Both the position numbers and the translations under genes were made by a program. Positions 30,710-37,494 of a DNA stretch of 37,494 bases are shown here, piece after piece. The first letter of the stretch is position 1. Every line of letters starts with the position of its first letter. This DNA comes from Pseudomonadota bacterium. GTDB taxonomy: Bacteria; Pseudomonadota; Alphaproteobacteria; Rhizobiales; Rhizobiaceae. Below the pieces are notes generated by a model, which was not told the origin of the DNA, made no database searches, and saw nothing but the letters and a program-made list of their open reading frames with translations. Location of the stretch: NCBI GenBank assembly GCA_039208305.1, contig JBCCRF010000001.1, positions 1-37,494 on the forward strand, in the 5' to 3' direction.

Positions 30710-31489
30710 ATGACTGAACCCCAAACCATCACCCAACGCAGCGCTGTCATCACAGGGGCGTCTGCCGGGATCGGCGCGGCGACGGCGCGGCATTTGGCGC
30801 AGCAAGGCGTGGGCGTTGTGCTTGTCGCGCGGTCGGAGGGCAAGCTGCAAGAACTGGCGGACGAGATCGGTGAGGCAGGCGGCAAGGCTGCGGTCTGTGC
30901 AGGAGACGTCGGGGATCCTGCCGTGCTGCAGCGGGCGGTCGCGATGGCGGGTGAGCAGTTCGGGCCGGTCGATCTGCTGGTGAACAATGCCGGTCTTATC
31001 GACCCCATAGCGCGCATCGAGGACAGCGATCCAGCGCAATGGGCCATAATCGTCGATGTGAATCTCAAAGGCGTCTATTACGGCTTGCGCTGCGCGATAC
31101 CCGTGATGAAGGCCAATGTTGGTGGTACCATCATCAACATTTCGTCGGGCGCGGCCACGGGCGCGCTGGAGGGGTGGAGCCACTACTGCGCCACCAAGGC
31201 CGCCGTGCTGTCGCTCACCAAATGCGTTGACAAGGAGGAAGCCGAGAACGGCATCCGCATGATCGGCCTGTCGCCGGGCACGGTAGCGACGGAGATGCAG
31301 ACGCAGATCAAGGCGTCCGGCATCAACCCTGTGAGCCAGCTGGACTGGGAAGCGCATATTCCCGCTGAATGGGTTGCGCAGGCCATCGCTTTTCTCTGCA
31401 CATCGGCAGCAGATGAATGGCGGGGTCAGGATTTCTCGCTGAAGACGGACGATGGACGTGCGGCTGCGGGTTTGCCGCCCTTGAGTTAG
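30710..31489 (+). CDS. Short-chain dehydrogenase/reductase
   Basis: ITGASAGIG, NNAG, NISS, YCATK. Confidence 0.92.
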   Translation: MTEPQTITQRSAVITGASAGIGAATARHLAQQGVGVVLVARSEGKLQELADEIGEAGGKAAVCAGDVGDPAVLQRAVAMAGEQFGPVDLLVNNAGLIDPIARIEDSDPAQWAIIVDVNLKGVYYGLRCAIPVMKANVGGTIINISSGAATGALEGWSHYCATKAAVLSLTKCVDKEEAENGIRMIGLSPGTVATEMQTQIKASGINPVSQLDWEAHIPAEWVAQAIAFLCTSAADEWRGQDFSLKTDDGRAAAGLPPLS

Positions 31490-31517
31490 AACATGGCGCG
31501 CTCCACGCGGCTTCATG

Positions 31518-31545
31518 CTGGGTCCCGGCTCAAGGCCGGGATGAC
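31518..31545 (-). repeat. REP-like palindromic unit (GTCATCCCGGCCTTGAGCCGGGACCCAG on minus strand)
   Basis: Hairpin TCCCGGC-TCAAG-GCCGGGA with GTCA end on minus strand; related copy at 32833-32851. Confidence 0.7.
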
Positions 31546-31575
31546 AAGCCGGGGAAATCGTTGGACGAGCGAAAA

Positions 31576-31677
31576 GCAATGCAGGCCCTTTGCCTGCATT
31601 GCGCGGCGGGCAAGCCCGCCCGGCGCTAGCTGCGCCGCGCTCGCGCAGCGAAGGCCGCTAGGCCGACAGCGTGAGCG
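31576..31677. other. Cluster of four tandem hairpins (structured intergenic element)
   Basis: GCAATGCAGGC/GCCTGCATTGC (perfect 11 bp), GGCGGGC/GCCCGCC, GGCGC/GCGCC, CGCTCGCGC/GCGTGAGCG. Confidence 0.6.
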
Positions 31678-31886
31678 AAAAAACCGGTGTGACAAACCGC
31701 ATTCTCGCAGGGCCGTAAAACCACCTACAACTCGCTGTACATCGTGCGAGGCATCGCAAACACACCAGCCAGGTTAAGGCTTTGTTGACCATGATCGTAT
31801 GCAGTGGCGAGACGTCCCGTTCATCCCCGACCGAGCCCTTCGCGCGCCCTTTGCTCGCGGTGGCATCCGGTCTTCGGAGTGCCGCC

Positions 31887-32690
31887 ATGAAACTGTCGTC
31901 CCGCCTTTCACTTCTCGCCCTTGTGCCCGTTGTCGCGCTGTCCGCCTGCACGGAGGAAAGCTACAGCCTGGAGAAAGCGGTGCGGGTGAAAACGACATCT
32001 CACCTACCGTATGGCGACTACGATCCGGTGCAGATCAAAGGCAAACAGCCGCGCGATTTTGCCGTGCACGGTATCGATATTTCCCGCTACAATCCGGCTG
32101 TGAACTGGCGCACGATCAAGCGTGAGGGGGTCGCCTTCGCGTTCGCTAAGGCAACAGAAGGCAAGGACAACCGGGACCCGAAATTCACACAGTGGTGGAG
32201 TGAGGCGGGCCGTTCCGGCATCCCGCGCTCGGCCTATCATTTCTACTATTTCTGCGCGACGCCGGAGGCGCAGGCCGCCAATTACATCCGCACCGTGCCG
32301 AAATCCGACCGTTCGCTGCCGCCCATTCTGGACGTGGAGTGGAACCCCACATCCCCCACCTGCAAGGGCCGGCCGGAGCCGGCCAAGGTGCGCGATGTGC
32401 TGAGCCGCTGGCTGAAGATCATCGAGGCCCATTACGGACAGAAACCGATCGTCTACACGACCGTCGACTTTCACGCCGATAACCTGTCAAACGGGGAACT
32501 GCCCGGCTACCAGTATTGGCTGCGATCGGTGAAGGCGGAGCCGAAATATATCTATGGCAGCCGCCCCTGGACGTTCTGGCAATATACCGGCACCGGCAAG
32601 ATTCGCGGTATCGAAGGCCCCGTGGACATCAACGCGTGGAAGGGCACGAAAAGCCAGTGGAACACCTGGCTGAAGAGCAACACGCGGTAA
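31887..32690 (+). CDS. GH25 muramidase (lysozyme) lipoprotein
   Basis: Lipobox LSAC; GIDISRYN, KATEG, AYHFY, PPILDVE (DxE), FWQYT, VDIN. Confidence 0.92.
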   Translation: MKLSSRLSLLALVPVVALSACTEESYSLEKAVRVKTTSHLPYGDYDPVQIKGKQPRDFAVHGIDISRYNPAVNWRTIKREGVAFAFAKATEGKDNRDPKFTQWWSEAGRSGIPRSAYHFYYFCATPEAQAANYIRTVPKSDRSLPPILDVEWNPTSPTCKGRPEPAKVRDVLSRWLKIIEAHYGQKPIVYTTVDFHADNLSNGELPGYQYWLRSVKAEPKYIYGSRPWTFWQYTGTGKIRGIEGPVDINAWKGTKSQWNTWLKSNTR

Positions 32691-32832
32691 GTCTCTTTTT
32701 CGAGGAGACCTGCTTCTAAATCAGATCAAGCGACAAGGCGTACAAGTCCGCTAGGCGGTCTGGCAAGCGGAGCAGCGTTCAAACGAAGACTCGCCTACGC
32801 CACGGAGCGGCGACAAAGTCGATCGGAGCCTG

Positions 32833-32851
32833 TCCCGGACTTGATCCGGGA
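32833..32851 (+). repeat. REP-like palindromic unit TCCCGGA-CTTGA-TCCGGGA
   Basis: Perfect 7-bp stem; same CTTGA loop as the 31518-31545 unit, opposite orientation. Confidence 0.6.
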
Positions 32852-32873
32852 TGAGCGCAAGAAAACCGGTTCG

Positions 32874-33557
32874 TCAGAACCGGTGACGGTAACCTACGGT
32901 CACAAAGTTGGAACCGCAGCCGTCGCAACCAAAGGCGCCGCTGGCACCAGAACGGTGATGCAAGCGGAACACCAATTCGCGGTTGAGATTGTCCGGCAGA
33001 GCAAAGGCGATTTCCGGCGAGAAATAATGCAGGATATTCTTGGTGCGCCCGTTACCCGGCACCTCGTTGTTCTCAAATACGGTCTTGTCGGAGATATAGT
33101 TCAGACCGATGCTACCTCCGATGGAGGTGTGGACGATGTGGTTCCAGGGAAACGCATCATATTTGCCATAGAGCGCGCCCCAGGCCTGAAAGGCAGAATT
33201 GTCCTGCCCGCGAAAATCACCAAACTGGTAGCCAATGCCGCCTTCAGCCTCGATGGAGAAACCCTTCCAGCGCCAGACTTCTTTCGCCAGCGCTGCGCCG
33301 ATAAACGACGTGTCGGTGAAGTTGCTGCCCTCAGTTGGGATAATGATGTCGGCGAGTTCGTTCTCGGTCAGCTGGCCGCCGAAAATCATCACCGACCACA
33401 GGCCACGGTCCGGCGAGCCGTCGAAGTAAGGGGAACTCAACTCCCCCTGCGGCTGCTGCACGGGCGCGTCGGCAGCTTGCGCGAGGCCGCAAACGGAGAA
33501 CAAAACCGCTATAACGAACGCAGAAATCTTAGCTTTGAACACCGCAGTTCCCACCAA
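32874..33557 (-). CDS. Outer-membrane beta-barrel protein (PagL/acyloxyacyl hydrolase-like)
   Basis: Signal peptide (..CGLAQA|A), amphipathic strands, RLHHRSGA motif, terminal Y-x-x-x-F; start uncertain. Confidence 0.65.
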   Translation of the reverse strand: MVGTAVFKAKISAFVIAVLFSVCGLAQAADAPVQQPQGELSSPYFDGSPDRGLWSVMIFGGQLTENELADIIIPTEGSNFTDTSFIGAALAKEVWRWKGFSIEAEGGIGYQFGDFRGQDNSAFQAWGALYGKYDAFPWNHIVHTSIGGSIGLNYISDKTVFENNEVPGNGRTKNILHYFSPEIAFALPDNLNRELVFRLHHRSGASGAFGCDGCGSNFVTVGYRHRF

Positions 33558-33677
33558 TCAGTTCATTCAAATTCGGCCATAGCACAGCGGCCTGGCCGGA
33601 ATCGTCGCGTGCATGACTGTTATATTTCGCGAAATGAGAAATTTGTCACCCTCTATTGCGGAACGGGGTGAACACTG

Positions 33678-33706
33678 TTGCGCAAATGCCCGTCCCGGCC
33701 TATAGC
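33678..33706 (+). promoter_or_regulatory. Putative sigma70 promoter for rpsO
   Basis: TTGCGC-N17-TATAGC directly before the structured leader. Confidence 0.55.
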
Positions 33707-33712
33707 TTCCCG

Positions 33713-33804
33713 GCTGCATCCAATAGGATGCAGCGTTCGCGGCCCGTGCTGGACGACATCCCGGCGCGGGCGTCTCTTTTCTCCAACACTGAAGGAGCAT
33801 CCCG
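33713..33804 (+). ncRNA. rpsO 5' leader (alphaproteobacterial S15 autoregulatory RNA)
   Basis: Hairpins GCTGCATCC-AATA-GGATGCAGC and GCCCGTGCTGG-ACGACATC-CCGGCGCGGGC; GCTGGACGACATCCCGGC recalled from rhizobial rpsO leaders. Confidence 0.7.
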
Positions 33805-34074
33805 ATGTCGATTACTCCCGAGCGCAAGGCCGAACTGGTCAAGCAATTTGCCACCAAGGACGGTGACACCGGTTCGCCGGAAGTGCAGGTCGCGATCCTC
33901 ACCGAGCGGATCAACAACCTCACCGAGCATTTCAAGACCAACAAGAAGGACAACCACTCCCGCCGTGGCCTTCTCAAAATGGTCGCCACGCGCCGCTCCC
34001 TGCTGGACTACACCCGCCGCAAGGACGAAGAGCGCTACAAAACGCTGATCACCGCGCTGGGTATCCGTCGCTGA
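33805..34074 (+). CDS. rpsO: 30S ribosomal protein S15
   Basis: [33 protein letters not shown]; 89 aa; AAGGAG RBS. Confidence 0.99.
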   Translation: MSITPERKAELVKQFATKDGDTGSPEVQVAILTERINNLTEHFKTNKKDNHSRRGLLKMVATRRSLLDYTRRKDEERYKTLITALGIRR

Positions 34075-34088
34075 GCATTTTTTAGTTT

Positions 34089-34120
34089 GGGTCGGGGTCA
34101 GCAGTAGGCGGCTCTGACCC
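34089..34120. terminator. Hairpin after rpsO (possible terminator/processing stem between convergent genes)
   Basis: GGGTCGGGGTC pairs with GGCTCTGACCC (11 bp with G-U); no canonical U-tract. Confidence 0.4.
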
Positions 34121-34150
34121 GATGGTATGTGACAAGAAAAACAATAACAT

Positions 34151-35074
34151 TTAAATACCAAGAGCGCGATGCCCCTCTCTGCTGCTCGTTATTATTGAAC
34201 TGTCACCCTTCCGACATTTGCTTGTTAAATAAACAAGAACATCCCGGCCTTTTTCGTGTTCTTCTTCAAATTTTTCAATTTCTCTACGGTTCACTGCTGC
34301 ATTAATTTTTGCATCGTTGCGAGCGTCAATTCTTGTTGTTTCCAAAACGATAGGCGTTGAGATCGGATCGAACTCCTCTACTGTAGTCGTAGAAAATGTA
34401 CCAAACCAAAAACCGGATCGAAGGCTTTTGTCGTCGTGACCAATAATAAGTGTTCGAATTCGAACTCTTTTGGGATTTGTTACGCTGTAATGACTTGTAT
34501 ATACAAAGCTCCCCCCTTTATTTGGGCTCCAAACACCATGGGACTCTGATATCGGATCGCCCGTTGATGCGCGCATCATAAAGCTCGCTTTTCGAATTTC
34601 TTCACCCTTTTTGAGTATCACGACAGAAGTCGATATTTCGGCCTGAGAACTTGATGAAAAACGATGCATCAGATAAACGCCGGGTTGTATTGATTCATCA
34701 TGCGGCATTCTTATATTAACAAAATCGGTTCCATCTTTTATATAATTATTGAATTGATCTATCGTCATATTGAATACATCGGAATCCACTTCTCGGCCGA
34801 GCAAATCTTCCATAACTTTACGTAGAATTTCTTGATGAGATTTTTGCATATCGCGCTTTCGCGCCTTAATTTTGGTTCTGTCTTTTTCAAATAGGTCTTC
34901 GATCCACTGAGCGGGCTTAGCGGGGCAGTTTGCTTTTTCTGCAACCATCCGCTTCAGCTTGGCAGTGCGATTTGCTGTAGCGATCGCCAGCACACGCATC
35001 TTGTGGTTGTAGCCATAGTCTTTGTCCGGGTGGTCAGCGGGTAGAGCAGAATGCTTGGCAGATGCGGTAGTCAT
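34151..35074 (-). CDS. Hypothetical protein (AT-rich); helical basic N-domain and beta-rich C-domain
   Basis: Long ORF in an AT-rich tract; ATG at 35074 preceded by GAGGA; no family recognised with confidence. Confidence 0.7.
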   Translation of the reverse strand: MTTASAKHSALPADHPDKDYGYNHKMRVLAIATANRTAKLKRMVAEKANCPAKPAQWIEDLFEKDRTKIKARKRDMQKSHQEILRKVMEDLLGREVDSDVFNMTIDQFNNYIKDGTDFVNIRMPHDESIQPGVYLMHRFSSSSQAEISTSVVILKKGEEIRKASFMMRASTGDPISESHGVWSPNKGGSFVYTSHYSVTNPKRVRIRTLIIGHDDKSLRSGFWFGTFSTTTVEEFDPISTPIVLETTRIDARNDAKINAAVNRREIEKFEEEHEKGRDVLVYLTSKCRKGDSSIITSSREGHRALGI

Positions 35075-35324
35075 ATTGGGATCAATTCCTCTGTAATTTT
35101 TCGCTGAGGCTGCGCATTTTTGTTCCAAGAAGACCGAGCCGCAAAAAATTTTCCTGCATAACAGAGAGTTATCCCGAAACACGAGCTCTGCAAAAATCGA
35201 GCGCTTCGATCTCTCAGTCTATTTTTTTTCATGTACAATGACAGCCTTCCGCGACCAATTTTGCGGAAAACTAGAATGTCGAAAAGACACGTTGAAAGCC
35301 TGCATTGCTGGAAGGAGCTAATCA

Positions 35325-35672
35325 ATGAAATCCGTAGGAAAGGACATTATCACCCCCGATGCGCTTGTCCTGCATCAAACGACAAGTGCCATCGGGATTG
35401 TAGTGTGGAATGAGAAGAGGAAAGGTAAGCTTTACGCCAATGTGAAATACGATGAAAACTTCATCGTTTGCTCGGCCGCAGAGGAACTCCGCCCTTTAAC
35501 TCGACCTGAATTCATCCGCTACCGAATTGATAGTTGGGTCAATAAACGATTGTGGGGCGCTTCATTCGCTGCGGGTATCATTGCGACATCAAGCGTTTTC
35601 ACAGCGATCTTCGTTCTGCGAGCCAGTGAATTTCTAGGCGGCATCGCCAAGATAAAGAACATGGTCATTTAG
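35325..35672 (+). CDS. Small hypothetical protein with C-terminal TM helix
   Basis: AAGGAG RBS; hydrophobic LWGASFAAGIIATSSVFTAIFVL. Confidence 0.65.
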   Translation: MKSVGKDIITPDALVLHQTTSAIGIVVWNEKRKGKLYANVKYDENFIVCSAAEELRPLTRPEFIRYRIDSWVNKRLWGASFAAGIIATSSVFTAIFVLRASEFLGGIAKIKNMVI

Positions 35673-35872
35673 AACGACAACCAATAAGCGGTGGGGAGGG
35701 TGTGTGTGCTAGCTCGGAGGGTGCGATTGTGACGCTGATCTGGCGCCTTGCAAAAGCCATTCATCTCTAGCGAACAACACTCCCCACCATTGTTCCACCA
35801 CACATTCGGTGCTATCTCCTTCCCGTGCCAACAGAAATGGTTCTGCTGGCGCGTGTTTCAGTGGTCCTTTGG

Positions 35873-35962
35873 GTCAGGGGGCAGGATTGTCGGCGGCTCG
35901 TCCGGCGGTTGGATGGTTAAGTCCAGCGCTATACACGAGCCTCTTATTGTCTTGCCCTTGGC
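35873..35962 (+). promoter_or_regulatory. pnp 5' leader long stem (candidate RNase III autoregulatory hairpin)
   Basis: GGGGGCAGGAT (35877-87) pairs with GTCTTGCCCTT (35949-59); position upstream of pnp. Confidence 0.55.
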
Positions 35963-36223
35963 GGATCCGACGACGGGGCGGTGCCGGGTGGCTTGCAATC
36001 CTGCAGGCGCGCGCAGCCTCCGAAGATGCCGAAGTGGTGGCAACAGCGCGTTGCCACCGGCGGACGGGTGAACGGATGCGGCACGGCCGTGTCCGCCCAC
36101 GCGAAGACAACCTCCTGAACACGATCGAACGGACCGTTGCCCATTAGCTGGGGCGGTCGCACGCGGTTCACGCAGCACGGCGACAGGCGTCGTGCGGCCG
36201 CGATGAAGGATGAACGAACGAAT

Positions 36224-37494
36224 ATGTCTATGTTTGAAAAACACGTCGTCGAAATCGACTGGGGCGGACGCCCCCTCACGCTGGAAGCAGGCCATGTGGC
36301 CCGCCAGGCCGACGGCTCTGTGATCGTAACCTACGGTGAGACCACCGTCATGTGTAACGTGGTCTCCGAGAAGCAGCCCAAGCCGCATCTCGATTTCTTC
36401 CCGCTGACGGTCAACTACATCGAGAAGGCCTATGCGGCCGGTAAAATCCCCGGCGGCTTCTTTAAGCGCGAAGCCCGCCCGTCCGAAAACGAAACGCTGG
36501 TGTGCCGTCTCATCGACCGCCCCATCCGCCCGCTTTTCGCAGACGGCTACAAGAACGACACGCAAGTCACTTGCACCGTGCTCTCCCACGATATGGAGAA
36601 CAATCCCGACATCGTCGCCATGATCGCGACCTCCGCTGCGCTGACGATCTCCGGCGTGCCGTTCCGTGGCCCTATCGGTGCCGCCCGCGTCGGCCTGATC
36701 GACGGTGAATACGTCCTCAACCCCAATATCGACGAAATGCCCGAGAGCGATCTCGACCTCGTCGTCGCCGGCACCAACGATGCCGTGCTGATGGTGGAAT
36801 CGGAGGCCAACGTGCTGTCCGAAGAGGTCATGCTCGGTGCTGTGATGTTCGGCCACGAGGAATTCCAGCCCGTGCTCGACGCTGTCATCCAGCTGGCGGA
36901 AAAATGCGCCAAGGAACCGCGCGAGCATACCGTGCCGGACAATTCCGCACTGGAAGCAGATGTCACCGCCCTTGTCGGTTCCGACATCGAAGCGGCCTAC
37001 ACGATCGCCGACAAGCAGGACCGTTATGCGGCCCTCGACGAGGCAAAAGCCAAGGCCAAGGAAAAGTTCCTCACAGAGGAATCCACCGATCAGGAGAAGA
37101 CCACCTTCTCCGGTGTCTTCAAGCAGGTGCAGGCCAATGTCGTTCGCGGCTCCATCATCAAAACGAAGAAGCGCATCGACGGTCGTGACCTCGACACCGT
37201 GCGCGCCATCGAATCCGAAGTGGGCATCCTGCCCCGCACCCACGGTTCCGCGCTCTTCACCCGTGGTGAGACGCAGGCCATCGTGGTGGCCACGTTAGGC
37301 ACCGGCGAAGATGAGCAATTCATCGATGCCTTGCACGGAAATTTCAAATCCAACTTCCTTCTGCACTATAACTTCCCGCCCTATTCGGTCGGTGAAGCGG
37401 GGCGCGTGGGCCCTCAGGGTCGTCGTGAGATCGGCCACGGTAAGCTCGCCTGGCGCGCGCTTCAGGCGGTTCTGCCGGCAAGCACGGATTTCCC
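36224..37494 (+). CDS. pnp: Polyribonucleotide nucleotidyltransferase (PNPase), 3'-partial
   Basis: Own translation: [79 protein letters not shown]; runs off the window; start may be 36230. Confidence 0.98.
   Translation, partial: MSMFEKHVVEIDWGGRPLTLEAGHVARQADGSVIVTYGETTVMCNVVSEKQPKPHLDFFPLTVNYIEKAYAAGKIPGGFFKREARPSENETLVCRLIDRPIRPLFADGYKNDTQVTCTVLSHDMENNPDIVAMIATSAALTISGVPFRGPIGAARVGLIDGEYVLNPNIDEMPESDLDLVVAGTNDAVLMVESEANVLSEEVMLGAVMFGHEEFQPVLDAVIQLAEKCAKEPREHTVPDNSALEADVTALVGSDIEAAYTIADKQDRYAALDEAKAKAKEKFLTEESTDQEKTTFSGVFKQVQANVVRGSIIKTKKRIDGRDLDTVRAIESEVGILPRTHGSALFTRGETQAIVVATLGTGEDEQFIDALHGNFKSNFLLHYNFPPYSVGEAGRVGPQGRREIGHGKLAWRALQAVLPASTDF

Noticed and set aside
31887-32690. GH25 gene as a prophage endolysin
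   Set aside because: Has a lipoprotein signal; no holin or other phage genes nearby.

Overview
GC-rich alphaproteobacterial chromosome segment, probably a marine Hyphomicrobiales (Rhizobiales)-like organism. This is inferred from sitABCD with Mur/Fur-type boxes, a Rhizobiales-style rpsO leader and DMSP-pathway genes. Order: a fold-back inverted duplication at the window start (likely artefact); ligase-associated exonuclease and ATP-dependent DNA ligase split by an antisense orphan PemK/MazF toxin; galE; hydantoinase/oxoprolinase; epimerase and CmcI-family genes; TauE; LysR divergent from a DmdA-like demethylase and dmdD; an internally deleted adenine/adenosine deaminase remnant; an accessory block (membrane protein, exported helical/TPR-like protein, convergent exported CHAT caspase-like protease); sulfatase; glpD and rhodanese; two oxidoreductases; PAS histidine kinase, response regulator and REC-GGDEF-EAL; sitABCD; SDR; GH25 lipoprotein flanked by palindromic repeats; outer-membrane barrel; rpsO; an AT-rich two-gene insert; partial pnp. 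The best candidate for an undescribed system is an apparently split, doubly exported TPR + CHAT protease pair (12036-15990). All family calls come from motif recognition by eye; no searches were run.
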